A DNA stretch of 64,000 nucleotides from a virus (lineage: Duplodnaviria > Heunggongvirae > Uroviricota > Caudoviricetes). The stretch is from IMG/VR virus record IMGVR_UViG_3300045988_166199, positions 9,605-73,604 of that record, one strand, 5' to 3'. Position 1 is the stretch's first letter. Every line of letters starts with the position of its first letter. Shown here in pieces: positions 50,116 through 61,609 of this stretch. Under the pieces are notes generated by a model. That model was not told the origin of the DNA. It did no database searches and worked only from the letters and a program-made list of their open reading frames with translations. Position numbers and translations under genes: made by a program.

Positions 50116-50699
50116 TAGATAAGTACAAACTATTCATAAGATGAATTGTAAGTGCTAAGATCTGATAGTTTCCAGTCGTAGACTGGAGACTCGACCTGAT
50201 GGGTGGAGGTAAGCGTCACTGGCGTCAGGTTTAAAAAAGCTCACTACCAGCGTAGAACCGGTGCCGTTTAGGTGTCGGGGAAGGGGGAACCAAAGTGAGC
50301 GGAGACAAGGGTCACTTTATGATTGTCGAGTCTGGGGTGTTTCGAGAGGTTGAATCCAGTACTCCCCTTCATAAAGTGTGGGAAGATCTCGGTTCTGGGG
50401 TGCTGTCATCCATAACTTCCCAAGTCTAAGCTGGCAGTAGACTTAGACCATAACTTTTCAGGTTATGAAAGGACCAGGTTGGTGAGGGATTTTTATACTC
50501 ACCTCCCTGGGAGAGTATTACCTGAAAAGACAACCTCTCACTTCGTTCGAGGTGAACTTCACTCACTTCGTTCGTTCAGTTCAGGTTTATAAAAACCTGT
50601 TCTGGGAAGTAATTTGTTTATTTTAATAATTATTAACACGCACGCGTGTGCGCACGCGCGAGGAAAAAAATCGGCGCGGCGCTTGATTCAGGAGTTTAT

Positions 50700-51293
50700 A
50701 TGACGACGAAGACACCATCCCGATCGCAAGCAAAAACTCGCAAAAAAGCCAAAAACAAAAATTCTCCCCGCACCAATCCCACAACGCCTGTCGTAGAGTT
50801 CAATCCCCAGCTTAAAACCGTAAAAATCTACAGTGATGGCTCTTGCCTTAAAAATCCGGGTGGCCCGGGCGGTTACGGTATAGTTCTCCAGTATCGTGGT
50901 GAGGAACGCGAGTTCTCAGATGGTTTTCATAGCACCACCAATAACCGCATGGAGATGATGGGGGCACTTATCGGGCTGGAGCGTTTGAAATATCCATGCA
51001 ACGTTATTTTGCACTCTGATAGCCAGTATCTGAAAAACGGCATGACACAGTGGATGAAATGGTGGAAACGTAATGGATGGATGACTTCTGATAAAAAACC
51101 GGTAAAGAATGTTGATCTGTGGAAACGTCTGGATGAGGACGCAAGTCGACATAATGTTCGCTGGAAGTGGGTTAAAGGTCACGCCGGGCATCGTGAAAAT
51201 GAAATATGTGATCGACTCGCGAAGATCGCAGCTTTTTCCGCAGCCGATACGCCTCACAAGAAAGACATTGGTTTTATTTACAACAAGTGGTAA
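50700..51293 (+). CDS. ribonuclease H (RnhA-like) with basic N-terminal extension
   Basis: [17 protein letters not shown], ...[33 protein letters not shown] match the RNase HI fold; start at ATG 50700 after RBS caggag. Confidence 0.85.
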   Translation: MTTKTPSRSQAKTRKKAKNKNSPRTNPTTPVVEFNPQLKTVKIYSDGSCLKNPGGPGGYGIVLQYRGEEREFSDGFHSTTNNRMEMMGALIGLERLKYPCNVILHSDSQYLKNGMTQWMKWWKRNGWMTSDKKPVKNVDLWKRLDEDASRHNVRWKWVKGHAGHRENEICDRLAKIAAFSAADTPHKKDIGFIYNKW

Positions 51294-51694
51294 GTAAGTG
51301 TTTACCTATCATATTAAATCATGTATCTTATCAGCGTCAGGATGACAATGTGTCGGTAAGACACAGTTCCAGGATGGAACGAGAAAGGCGGCTGGCGATC
51401 GCCAGCCGCAACTCTTTCTGACACTGGATGGAGTCCACATGGCACGTCAAACCTATTTCACTTCTGCAACTAAACGTCCTCGTTCACTACGTCAAATTTT
51501 GGCCGAATTATTTAGCGGTCGTGTTCTGTCACGTCTTGATGAACTGGAGACTACCGTTCGGTTGCTGAATGAACGTTTAGATAAGCAAGCGTCAGTTGTT
51601 GCGAACGTGGGGGCGATTGTTACCTCTGGTTCTTCACACCAAGCGAAAAATGCACGGCCTTTAGTGAAGGAGAAAAACAACAAGGACAGTTCGA

Positions 51695-51946
51695 ATGGAA
51701 AATTTTCAAAGAAAGAGGCTGAAACCAATGGCCTACGTTCTCATTATAGTTTCACTGGCGACGGTAGCCGTTCCAGCCGGCCAGAGCCTTTTGATGCCGG
51801 ATTCATCCATCACCACACCTCCGTCGACGACAATTACCACCACTCCAGTAGAGCGTCCTGTCACTCTGGATGGGATGACGGTGGATGCGATACCTCAAGT
51901 TCATCCAGTTACTCAGGATCATGTTGTGACTAAGGTGGTTGTATGA
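51695..51946 (+). CDS. small membrane protein (83 aa); overlaps alternative-frame ORF 51439..51933
   Basis: TM helix YVLIIVSLATVAVPAG; stop overlaps start of next small membrane gene (ATGA). Confidence 0.35.
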   Translation: MENFQRKRLKPMAYVLIIVSLATVAVPAGQSLLMPDSSITTPPSTTITTTPVERPVTLDGMTVDAIPQVHPVTQDHVVTKVVV

Positions 51947-52131
51947 ACTGGCTTTCAAATCACTTTGGGAAAATTTGGCTGGCAATTCTGGCTCTCATGG
52001 CCGCCGGTTGGGTATCCAACATTATAAAACTCGTTTGCTCAGGTGATCTCAAGTTTCAGGCTGGCATGACTCTGGCTCGTGTAGTTGGGATTTTTGTTTT
52101 TCCAGTCGGTTCGGTACTTGGTTATTTCTGA
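51943..52131 (+). CDS. small membrane protein (62 aa)
   Basis: Two hydrophobic segments; translationally coupled. Confidence 0.4.
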   Translation: MNWLSNHFGKIWLAILALMAAGWVSNIIKLVCSGDLKFQAGMTLARVVGIFVFPVGSVLGYF

Positions 52132-52224
52132 CGGCTGTTAGTGCATATGCATTGACCATCTTTGCGTAAGCAATTTATGAAACTAAAAAACAACTTGTTT
52201 TGACAAATAACAAAAGGAAAACAC

Positions 52225-52650
52225 ATGTTAGGTTTCTTCAAAAAGAAAACTCGTAAAGCTGTTATCGAAGTCAAAAAAATGGAGAACCGTGATGCGGTTG
52301 AGGCCACCGTGTGGGGCGCGTACATGATCTCCTATGCCGACGGCACATGTGACGCAAAAGAAATTGCCATTCTTGAGAAGACAATTGCAGCTCTGCCTGC
52401 GTTTTCTCCGTTTGCTGGTGAAATTGCCCAAATGAGCGCCAATATCCGTGCTCGTTACGAAGCGTCCCCTCGTTCTGCGAATGCGCAGGCTATGCGTGAG
52501 CTGGCTGATATTGCGGGCACTCCAGAGGCGGTCGATGTTCTGTGTCTGTGCCTTGATATTGCCGATCAGGATGGCATTGGTGAACAAGAAGAGCAGGCAC
52601 TGAAAAAGATCGCCCAGGCGCTTCAGTTGTCACTGGATGCTTATCTCTAA
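52225..52650 (+). CDS. TerB-like domain protein (tellurite-resistance TerB family, putative)
   Basis: Two ADG/DQDG + acidic helix repeats (YADGTCDAKEIAILEK; IADQDGIGEQEEQALKKIAQAL); assignment from pattern only. Confidence 0.45.
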   Translation: MLGFFKKKTRKAVIEVKKMENRDAVEATVWGAYMISYADGTCDAKEIAILEKTIAALPAFSPFAGEIAQMSANIRARYEASPRSANAQAMRELADIAGTPEAVDVLCLCLDIADQDGIGEQEEQALKKIAQALQLSLDAYL

Positions 52651-52810
52651 TGCTTGAGAGATTCCGGCTTGTGATCGTCATTGCTCTTCTGGTGATGGCG
52701 GTGTTGGTGGATTTTACGGGAAAGATGATGTCTGTCATTTCTGATGGCGTCCTCATTGGTTTGGCGATCTACTTCGCTTATCCGTTAGTTCGTAAAGCAA
52801 AGTGTTAATG

Positions 52811-52840
52811 ACAAGGGCCATTTGGCCCTTGTGTTTCGTT
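52811..52840 (+). terminator. rho-independent terminator
   Basis: acaagggcc attt ggcccttgt gtttcgtt. Confidence 0.65.
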
Positions 52841-52947
52841 GACCGAAATAGAGAGTTTGCACCTTTACGTTTAGCTTGCTCCCCTTATATGCCACATCAC
52901 AATAAAGCCAATAAGAAAACAACTTGTTTAAGCATTAAGGAAAACAC

Positions 52948-53514
52948 ATGTGCGAGAAATGCAAAGCAATAGCTGATGAACAAAACGCCCTATTCGAAGA
53001 AATGGATGCTAATGAACTTGTCAAAATGTTAGCCATTCTTCGAGGAATAGAAGACGTTTCCATATTTGAGAGACTGTTTACAATACTTAATTTTAATTCC
53101 ACCTTTGAAGAGCCAACTCAGATTGTAGCTTTGGCACACCATTTCGGTGTTCATTACCTTGCTGAAAAAGAGAGAGCTGATAAGTTGCAAGCGACTTTGG
53201 ATATGGTGAGCGAGACTCAAGGAACTGATGACGGCAACAAAAGTGAGACGATTATTGCCAGCAAAGATCGTGAAATTGCCGGGCTTAAATCCTCTCTAAC
53301 GATGTTGATGTCTGCAATCAACCTTATGTCTTCTAAAGCAGGTTATAAAATGCCATCACTAAACAGCGACGATCCGATGGCCGTTCGCCAGCTTTTAGGT
53401 GCAATGGCCGACCAGCTCGACGACACAAAGAGTCGCCTTGAAGACATGATGCGGGAGCTCACGCATCGCCATGACTTGAATAAGCAGCCGCACAAAACGC
53501 AATACGCACTCTAA
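52948..53514 (+). CDS. hypothetical protein (188 aa)
   Basis: ORF with AAGGAAAACACATG start context. Confidence 0.5.
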   Translation: MCEKCKAIADEQNALFEEMDANELVKMLAILRGIEDVSIFERLFTILNFNSTFEEPTQIVALAHHFGVHYLAEKERADKLQATLDMVSETQGTDDGNKSETIIASKDREIAGLKSSLTMLMSAINLMSSKAGYKMPSLNSDDPMAVRQLLGAMADQLDDTKSRLEDMMRELTHRHDLNKQPHKTQYAL

Positions 53515-53655
53515 TACAGCACCAGTCGACAGGGGGCGACAGCCTCCATTTTTACGCCTTAAATCTGCTGTAACGCCTATGAATGCAGCTTTTATGCCTT
53601 TTCAAGTTTGCGATAATTACACCAATCAGAAAACAAATTATTTAATGGTGTAATT

Positions 53656-54132
53656 ATGAATACAGCCCTTTCCATCATCGACGATGCCAGCTCAAACACG
53701 GCTATCGACTATCGTCAGGAAATGAATGTCATCCACGAAATCGTGGCCGAGTGCGAGAAAGAGATCGCCTTCATGTATCAGGTACACGACTTCGTTTATG
53801 GCGACGAACGCCACAACATGATTAATCGCCTGCTGAGACTAAACCATCGACCAGATGAAGATCGCTCACGTTTAAATCGAGGTTGGTTGGATAAAGTCGA
53901 TCTGGAATGGGTGAAACAGAATATTTGGGCCGAGTACTGGAGGAAGGTCACGGACATGACTAACGTTCTGCTGATTATGCCAGATTCCCGTCGCGACGAG
54001 TGGCGTGAGCAGTTTATCGAGGGCAAGCAGGAAACGATCAAGACTGACAGAACTGGCTATCAGATGAAGGTTAAAGAGTTCGTTGGTGTACCTGAGTTCA
54101 AAGTGGATACAGACATCCCTACGATGGCTTGA
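53656..54132 (+). CDS. hypothetical protein (158 aa)
   Basis: ORF; convergent with hsdR. Confidence 0.5.
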   Translation: MNTALSIIDDASSNTAIDYRQEMNVIHEIVAECEKEIAFMYQVHDFVYGDERHNMINRLLRLNHRPDEDRSRLNRGWLDKVDLEWVKQNIWAEYWRKVTDMTNVLLIMPDSRRDEWREQFIEGKQETIKTDRTGYQMKVKEFVGVPEFKVDTDIPTMA

Positions 54133-54190
54133 TCTGACAGCTATCTGCAATTTGCACAGATATCTGCCAGATCTGGTTCAGATTAATACA

Positions 54191-57100
54191 CTATATCTGC
54201 CCACCTACTCCTTTGAACTTTTCAATAAACGTGACGATTTTCTGGAAAACGGTCTGTTTTTTCGTTTTATATTGCGGGTTTAACGGACTAAGTTTTGGTA
54301 ATGTCTCGTTTAATTCTGTGCCATTTTCGGTGGCGTATTCGCGTTTTAAAGACGTGCGAATATAGCGTTTTGCTGCATCTTCATTGAGATTTTCTTCTTT
54401 TATCAATGCTTCTGCTTCACGTTGCTGTTCGCGTTTAGCAAACGTAAAGAATGCCTCAATGATACTGGCTTTGTCTGGTAAATCATCCAGGTTCGTTTGC
54501 TGAATAAAATCGACCACCAGGCCCTCTTTCGCCCGGTTCCCCAGGCTTGAACGAATTAAGCGTTTGACCTCTTCGATCATTTCGCCCTTGCCTTTATTTT
54601 GTCTGTTGTGTTCGAAAATCAGTCCAAGGATATAATCCAGGTTTATTTCCTGAGACTTCAGCAAATCGACCTCAAAAACCACGTCATCCCAGTCGGTGGT
54701 TGATTTTTCTTTTTTGTCAGCTTCTTTCTCACGGCGCTGCCAGTCGCGAATATCGTTATAGGCAGAACGATAATCCTGGAGCTTGCGTTCAGCAGGGAGA
54801 CGAATCGTTTGCAATTCAGCGAACTTTTCATCATCCACATAATGTTCTGCTTTGAATTTTTCTACTGCAACAGGATCGCTAAGATCGATTTGTTGCAGGG
54901 CTTTCAGCGTGGCAAATTCATCATAGTTTTGCAGGATGTTCTCGGTACGCAGGTATTCACCAAACAGTTTAACGAAGTCTTTCTTCTCTTTTTCACTTTC
55001 AATACTGGCAGGGTCAGGGAACCGTTGTTCCAGTTCTGCAACTACTGCCATAAAGCCGCGCTTAGCTTCACCAGTAGCAGCATCAGTAAAGCCTTCCATA
55101 TACTCTGCATAACTCTTTTCTAACACTACATTTTTGGTGTTTTTGTCACCAAACAGCGTTATGGCATCGATGGTTGAGCGTTCCAGATCGCGGAAAGTGA
55201 CGATATTACCGAAGGTTTTAGTAGCGTCATAAATGCGGTTGGTGCGGGAAAATGCCTGCATCAGGCCGTGAAAACGCAAGTTTTTATCGACGAATAGCGT
55301 GTTCAATGTTGGAGCGTCGAAGCCGGTTAAAAACATCCCCACGACAATTAATAGATCGATATCCTGATTTTTAACCCGTTGGGCTAAATCACGATAGTAG
55401 TTCTGAAAACCCTTGCTATCAGTGCTGAAATTCATTTGAAAATGGTCGTTATACTCACGAATTGCAGCGTCCAGAAACTCTTTAGCACTGCTGTCCATTG
55501 CACTGGTATCAAAAGATTCATCGGATATTTCACCAATGGCATTTTGTTCTTCATTAGCGGCAAAGGAGAAGATTGTCGCAACACGCAGTGGTTTATAGGT
55601 AGCAGATTTATTAGCTGCTTCCTCTTGTAACCGTTTAAACGTCGCGTAATAGGCTTTCGCGGCATCCACGCTGCTCACTGCCAACATAGCATTAAAACCT
55701 TTTGAGCCAGGGAAGGTACGGTGGGTTTTCTGGCGGAAATTATTCAGAATATATTGCGTGATTTCCTGAATACGCATGGGATGAAGAAACGCCTGCTGAT
55801 TTTCAGCCGCACTCAGTTTTTTCTCGTCAGTTTCTGTCTCTAAAGACTTAAACTGTGGCCGCACATCGTTGTAGTCCACCTTGAATTTGAGCACTTTTTC
55901 GTCACGAATCGCATCGGTAATTACATACGAATGCAATTCACGACCAAATACGCTGGCGGTTGTTTCTGAGCCTAAGGCGTTTTCCGGGAAAATAGGGGTG
56001 CCGGTAAAACCAAACTGATAATAGCGTTTGAATTTCTTCTTCAGGTTTTTCTGCGCTTCTCCAAACTGGCTGCGGTGGCATTCATCAAATATAAACACCA
56101 CTTGCTGATTATATACAGGCAGGTCGCTTTCTGCTTTCATCAGGTTATTGAGTTTCTGAATAGTAGTGACGATAATTTTGTTATCGTCCTTATCCAGATT
56201 TCGTTTAAGGCCTGCGGTATTTTCCGAGCCGTTGACGCTGTCTGGCGAAAAACGCTGATATTCCTTCATGGTCTGGTAATCGAGGTCTTTCCTGTCGACC
56301 ACGAAGAAGACTTTATCAATAAAGTCCAGCTCTGTTGCCAGACGCGCGGCTTTAAAGCTGGTCAGGGTTTTACCGGAACCCGTGGTGTGCCAGATATACC
56401 CACCGCTTTCCGGTTTTGACCAGTTCTTCGCTGTAAAGGAGCTCTTAATTTTCCACAGAATGCGCTCGGTGGCAGCAATCTGGTACGGTCGCATTACCAG
56501 TAGCGTCTGACTGCTGTCAAAAACGCTGTAGTTCACCAGAACATTAAGCAGAGTATGTTTCTGGAAAAAGGTAGCGGTAAAGTCTTTGAGGTCTTTAATC
56601 AGTGTATTGTCTGATTTAGCCCAGTTCATGGTGAAGTCAAAACTGTTTTTATCGCGCTTTGTGGTGTTGGCAAAATAACGGGTATCAGTGCCGTTGGAAA
56701 TGACGAACAGCTGCAGATACTTAAACAGGGAATTTTCGCTGTTAAAACTCTCTTTACTGTAACGATGTATCTGGTTGAAAGCCTCACGAATCGCCACCCC
56801 GCGTTTTTTTAGTTCGATTTGCACCAGCGGTAAACCATTAACCAGGATCGTGACGTCATAACGGTTAGCATGAGAACCCGTCTGTTCAAACTGCTGGATA
56901 ATCTGCACCTTATTGCGCATGAGATTCTTTTTATCTATCAAATAGATGTTCTCAAGACGCTCGTCATCAAAAATAAAGTCGCAAATATAGTCGATATGGA
57001 TTTTACGGGTCTTATCCAGAATGCCATCACTCGGGTTGTCCAGATACTGCTCCGTGAAACGCCGCCACTCGCTGTCATTAAACACCACACCATTGAGGTT

Positions 57101-57307
57101 CTGAAGCTGTTCCCGAACGTTGGCCAGCATCGCTGACTGTGATTTTACGGATATAAATTCATAGCCCTGATTTCGCAGGTCCTGAATCAGTTCCCGTTCC
57201 AGGTCCGATTCGCTCTGATAGCTGTCGCCTGTTTGCTCAGCTTTGATGTACTTATCAAGAACGATAAAGTTATTGGATTCAGCAATGGTGTGTGTCTGAT
57301 GAGTCAT
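54191..57307 (-). CDS. hsdR: type I restriction enzyme R subunit (HsdR)
   Basis: Helicase motifs with GSGKT-type Walker A and DECHRSQ box; 1038 aa; last gene of hsdM-hsdS-hsdR operon. Confidence 0.9.
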   Translation of the reverse strand: MTHQTHTIAESNNFIVLDKYIKAEQTGDSYQSESDLERELIQDLRNQGYEFISVKSQSAMLANVREQLQNLNGVVFNDSEWRRFTEQYLDNPSDGILDKTRKIHIDYICDFIFDDERLENIYLIDKKNLMRNKVQIIQQFEQTGSHANRYDVTILVNGLPLVQIELKKRGVAIREAFNQIHRYSKESFNSENSLFKYLQLFVISNGTDTRYFANTTKRDKNSFDFTMNWAKSDNTLIKDLKDFTATFFQKHTLLNVLVNYSVFDSSQTLLVMRPYQIAATERILWKIKSSFTAKNWSKPESGGYIWHTTGSGKTLTSFKAARLATELDFIDKVFFVVDRKDLDYQTMKEYQRFSPDSVNGSENTAGLKRNLDKDDNKIIVTTIQKLNNLMKAESDLPVYNQQVVFIFDECHRSQFGEAQKNLKKKFKRYYQFGFTGTPIFPENALGSETTASVFGRELHSYVITDAIRDEKVLKFKVDYNDVRPQFKSLETETDEKKLSAAENQQAFLHPMRIQEITQYILNNFRQKTHRTFPGSKGFNAMLAVSSVDAAKAYYATFKRLQEEAANKSATYKPLRVATIFSFAANEEQNAIGEISDESFDTSAMDSSAKEFLDAAIREYNDHFQMNFSTDSKGFQNYYRDLAQRVKNQDIDLLIVVGMFLTGFDAPTLNTLFVDKNLRFHGLMQAFSRTNRIYDATKTFGNIVTFRDLERSTIDAITLFGDKNTKNVVLEKSYAEYMEGFTDAATGEAKRGFMAVVAELEQRFPDPASIESEKEKKDFVKLFGEYLRTENILQNYDEFATLKALQQIDLSDPVAVEKFKAEHYVDDEKFAELQTIRLPAERKLQDYRSAYNDIRDWQRREKEADKKEKSTTDWDDVVFEVDLLKSQEINLDYILGLIFEHNRQNKGKGEMIEEVKRLIRSSLGNRAKEGLVVDFIQQTNLDDLPDKASIIEAFFTFAKREQQREAEALIKEENLNEDAAKRYIRTSLKREYATENGTELNETLPKLSPLNPQYKTKKQTVFQKIVTFIEKFKGVGGQI

Positions 57308-57428
57308 AGCGCATCCTTTGTGCCGTCTGGCAAGGGCCGGAAGGGAGTTAAGGGTGAGTTCCGGCGCGTAAAAAATAGTCTATATACTGACCGGATGTTA
57401 AGGAGGCCCGGTTGGTAGCAATGGTCAA

Positions 57429-58562
57429 TTATTTACTGACAGTTTCAGGTTTTGGGAAACTGAACAGTAAATCACGATAGTACTCGTATTGTTTCTGGCG
57501 TAACTCGATTTCACGCGGAAGACCTTCGGTGATGGAGTTGGTAAGGGTGTCGAATTTATCGAGTATAGAAACAATACGGTCTTGTTCGGTGATAGGAGGT
57601 ATAGGTATATCATAGGTTTCAAACTCTTTCACTCGGACATGAGGCACACCCGCACCTTTTTTCATTGCATGGATGTGCTCTTGTTTATTTTGTAGCACGT
57701 GGTATATAAACTTTGGTTTTACAATTTTTAAGTCGGAATGAACACTAAAGGCATCGGTTAAAAATATTGGCTGATCCCAGAAGCTGACATATCCTGCATA
57801 GGCACCAGATCTGGCTATAACGATTGTTTCACCTTGTCTGTTGCTCTCGCTATGAAAATAAGTAGGAATTGGTCCATTGGCAACTACTGGTATTTCTCCT
57901 GGTGTTGTCTGTTTTTGGGTAATTGCCGTTCCTCGCTTAAACTGAGCCACTTCCCCCAAAGTCTTCCACTCAACCTCACCCTCTTTAAAACTCAACAACT
58001 GGTCACGATAGTAGTTGTACTGTTTTTTACGCATGTTAAGCTCAGCGGTAAGCTCAGCGGTAAGTGCAGTAAATTTATCCAGAATTCGAACGATTTCAGA
58101 CTGGATGGCAAGGGATTTTTCCGGGTTTTCTGGGCAGGGGATGGGGATAAGTAGTTTATTAACTACGATAGCATCAAGTGTTGGAATGCCCGCAACTCTC
58201 ACCTTTGATTTCAGCAAACTTTGATAACCAATCAGTGCGAAATATAAAAACCTATTATTTAATAGCTCATTGTGCTCTAAGCAAAAGCATCCATCAGAGG
58301 ACCAGAAGTCAACGGTGCTATAGCCAACAGTACCTGCTGAAGCGCCAACATTGATAATCATAACGGTATTAGCCGGACGATTCGACTTATTGTAATATCC
58401 TAACGGTTCTAAGCCGCCATGAAATACCGGGAATTTTTCTTCTGCTGAAAGCAGATTTTTAGTTAGCCTTTTTCCCCGCAAGACACTCGTGACATCTCCA
58501 AGGGCTTTCCATTCCACCTCTGTCCCATCTAGCAGTTTTTCCAGATAATTTAACTCGCTCAT
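57429..58562 (-). CDS. hsdS: type I restriction-modification specificity subunit (HsdS)
   Basis: Two target-recognition halves separated by conserved helical spacers; start overlaps hsdM stop. Confidence 0.8.
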   Translation of the reverse strand: MSELNYLEKLLDGTEVEWKALGDVTSVLRGKRLTKNLLSAEEKFPVFHGGLEPLGYYNKSNRPANTVMIINVGASAGTVGYSTVDFWSSDGCFCLEHNELLNNRFLYFALIGYQSLLKSKVRVAGIPTLDAIVVNKLLIPIPCPENPEKSLAIQSEIVRILDKFTALTAELTAELNMRKKQYNYYRDQLLSFKEGEVEWKTLGEVAQFKRGTAITQKQTTPGEIPVVANGPIPTYFHSESNRQGETIVIARSGAYAGYVSFWDQPIFLTDAFSVHSDLKIVKPKFIYHVLQNKQEHIHAMKKGAGVPHVRVKEFETYDIPIPPITEQDRIVSILDKFDTLTNSITEGLPREIELRQKQYEYYRDLLFSFPKPETVSK

Positions 58563-60121
58563 CCCTGCACCTCGTCACCTTCAATCTCTGCCACAATTGA
58601 GTCGATATCTTTACGCAACTGGTCGATTTTGCTGACCGTAGTTTTCAGTTCTGCATTCAGCTCAGCAATATTGATTATTTCGCGGTTATCTTTCGCTTCC
58701 ACATAGCTGCTCACTGACAGGTTATAGTCATTCGCTACAATGGTTTCAAACGCGACAGATTTTGCCAGATGAGCAACATCTTCCTTGCTGGCAAATACCT
58801 GCATAATCTGGTTGATATGGGCATCGGTCAGGATATTGTTGTTAGTCTCTTTTTTGAACAGTTCGCTGGCGTCAATAAACTGAACGTTGGTATCCGTTTT
58901 ATGTTTAGACAGCACCAGAATATTGACGGCAATGGTGGTGCCAAAGAACAGGTTCGGTGCCAGTGAAATCACGGTTTCGACATAGTTATTGTCAACCAGA
59001 TACTGACGGATTTTCTGCTCCGCGCCGCCACGGTAAAAAATGCCCGGGAAGCAGACAATCGCAGCACGACCTTTGGCAGAAAGATAGTTCAGCGCATGTA
59101 ATACAAACGCAAAGTCAGCTTTGGATTTGGGGGCCAGAACGCCAGCCGGGGCAAAACGTTCATCGTTAATCAGCGTCGGGTCATCGCTGCCAATCCATTT
59201 CACCGAATACGGCGGGTTAGAAACGATGGCATCAAACGGTTTTTCATCTCTGAAGTGCGGCTCAGTCAGCGTATTGCCCAGCTTGATATCAAACTTGTCG
59301 TAGTTGATGTTGTGCAAAAACATGTTCATACGCGCCAGGTTATAGGTCGTATGGTTGATCTCCTGACCAAAAAAACCTTCTTCGATGATATGGTCATCAA
59401 ACTGTTTTTTAGCCTGCAACAACAGCGAACCGGAGCCTGCTGCCGGGTCGTAGATTTTGTTAACGTGGGTCTGCCCGTGCATAGCCAGTTGTGCAATCAG
59501 CTTAGAGACGTGCTGCGGTGTAAAGAACTCGCCGCCTGACTTACCGGCATTTGCCGCATAGTTAGAGATCAGGAACTCATAGGCATCACCGAACAGGTCA
59601 ATCTGATGTTCGTTGAAGTCACCAAGTTTTAACCCTTCAACCCCTTTCAGAACCGCAGCCAGGCGGGCATTTTTATCTTTAACGGTGTTACCCAGGCGGT
59701 TACTGGTGGTATCGAAATCAGCAAACAAACCTTTGATGTCAGCTTCTGAAGGATAACCGTAAGCAGAACTTTCGATAGCAACGAAGATGCTGTTTAAATC
59801 TGCATTCAGTCTGTCATTAGTATTTGCTTTCGCAGCTACGTTGCAGAAAAGCTGACTGGGGTAGATGAAGTAGCCTTTGGTTTTGATGGCATCGTCTTTA
59901 ATGTCATCAGTAATTACGCTGTCATCCAGTTTCGCATAACAGATACTGTCATCCCCAGCTTCAATATAGCTGGAAAAATTTTCGCTGATAAAACGGTAGA
60001 AAAGTGCGCCCAGAACGTATTGCTTAAAATCCCATCCATCGACCGAACCCCTGACATCGTTAGCAATTTGCCAGATTTGACGATGAAGCTCTGCACGTTG
60101 TTGAATACTTGTCATTTTCAT
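58559..60121 (-). CDS. hsdM: type I restriction-modification DNA methyltransferase subunit (HsdM)
   Basis: N6-adenine MTase motif IVSNPPYS and SAM-binding DPAAGSG; 520 aa. Confidence 0.9.
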   Translation of the reverse strand: MKMTSIQQRAELHRQIWQIANDVRGSVDGWDFKQYVLGALFYRFISENFSSYIEAGDDSICYAKLDDSVITDDIKDDAIKTKGYFIYPSQLFCNVAAKANTNDRLNADLNSIFVAIESSAYGYPSEADIKGLFADFDTTSNRLGNTVKDKNARLAAVLKGVEGLKLGDFNEHQIDLFGDAYEFLISNYAANAGKSGGEFFTPQHVSKLIAQLAMHGQTHVNKIYDPAAGSGSLLLQAKKQFDDHIIEEGFFGQEINHTTYNLARMNMFLHNINYDKFDIKLGNTLTEPHFRDEKPFDAIVSNPPYSVKWIGSDDPTLINDERFAPAGVLAPKSKADFAFVLHALNYLSAKGRAAIVCFPGIFYRGGAEQKIRQYLVDNNYVETVISLAPNLFFGTTIAVNILVLSKHKTDTNVQFIDASELFKKETNNNILTDAHINQIMQVFASKEDVAHLAKSVAFETIVANDYNLSVSSYVEAKDNREIINIAELNAELKTTVSKIDQLRKDIDSIVAEIEGDEVQG

Positions 60122-61247
60122 CCACTTATTTCAGGCTTATGTAATTGGCGGTGATTCTACAGCAACTTGGATGCTTTAGCAGTTCGGACATTAGGCAACG
60201 AATGACCTAATTAGAGCTTTTTGGAAAAGCGGTATTGTCGGTGCGATGATAGCTATGTTTGGGTGCGCGATGGTGCAATACAATGACGGTGAAAAGGTAA
60301 GCATCCAGTCTGATGGCTGGTATGGGCTGGATAGCCTGCAAAAAACCGCAGATAAAGCCTGTCAGCAATATGGAAAGTCTAAAGCCGTATATCAGCATAG
60401 CGCGAACGCTAATCCACATCTCGCGCCCGGCACGGGCGTTCAGAACACTATTTGGAAATGCGAACCATAACGCAGGTTGGCTTTTTACATCTTGGGCCGA
60501 ATACTGATTCCGCGCTAAGTTGTTTGTGCGGAAGTGACACTGTGGAGCTTAGAAATAGTAAATACTGGTGGGCAACAAATTGAGCCTTCACACGCTCACC
60601 AGCACACACAAAAAATGGTTAAACAGCAAGGGAGTTAATATCTCATCGCGACATTAAATAAGCCAGCGCACGCCTCTGTTTATCACTGACTTGAAAAACC
60701 ATATCAGAACCACGATGAAGACAATCGCCAGCACTTGGCTAAGAACAGGCGCATTTAAAAATGCACTTAGAAACTGAAAAAATACAATCATCAAGGTAAT
60801 CCTCGTCTAATGTAAAGCTGTGTGCTCTCACGTTGACGTAGAAACCCAACCTCTATATAGTTGGATTCGGTGAAAGAAAGTCGTTAACGTGAACTTACGG
60901 CACATGTTTTCGGTATAAAAATCAGGGAACTGTGAATTCCTTGATGTAGTTGGGGCCTGTAATGCAGGCCCTATCTATTAATGTCATGATTACATCTCAA
61001 ATTTTCTCCTTATCATTATTATTTAATAAAATTCAATTAATATAATATCCATTTCCTGTGTGTGCAAACACAGTATGAGGAAAATGGCCCCGTTGCAAGT
61101 GCATAACTTTGTGGATAACTCTGAAGGCGAATTTACATTTCGGCGCACCGCAAGCCAGATAAGCTGTGCGCAAAAAGCAATGGGGTGAGAAAAAAACTTT
61201 GAAGATATTGCGGCGACTAAATAATAGCCGTTATTCAATTATTCTGG

Positions 61248-61511
61248 ATGGGATTTAATATGAACGAATGGAACATAGCAGCCAAAAGCCAGGAAGAAAG
61301 GAATAAAGTTAACGTTGACCTGGCTGCCAGGGGGGTTGCCTACAAAGAGCGATTGAACATACCCGTCATAGCGGAACAGGTAGCCCGTGAGCAACCTGAG
61401 AACCTGCGCACCTATTTCATGGAACGGCTACGGCACTACCGGCAGTTAAGCCTCCTGCTGCCAAAAGGAAACGATCCGGTATATCAGAAAGAAGATATAG
61501 CCAAAAAATAA
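61248..61511 (+). CDS. hypothetical protein (87 aa)
   Basis: ORF upstream of UmuD'-like gene. Confidence 0.4.
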   Translation: MGFNMNEWNIAAKSQEERNKVNVDLAARGVAYKERLNIPVIAEQVAREQPENLRTYFMERLRHYRQLSLLLPKGNDPVYQKEDIAKK

Positions 61512-61609
61512 CGCGCCACCAGGCGAGCGCAAAGCATCGCGCTATTGCACACTTCAAGCATCTTTAATGTATACTGTATGGATAAACAGTACTCTGAGGT
61601 GAAAACGCT

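Noticed and set aside
50116-50699. Possibility that the non-coding region upstream of RNase H is a retron msr/msd
   Set aside because: No reverse-transcriptase gene is adjacent (the neighbour is an RNase HI-type enzyme only) and the characteristic inverted repeats flanking an msd were not evident; kept only as an unexplained structured region.
51439-51933. Annotating the full 164-aa ORF as a gene
   Set aside because: The C-terminal half is S/C-rich low complexity and overlaps a better-supported coupled membrane gene in another frame; only flagged as a possible frameshift.
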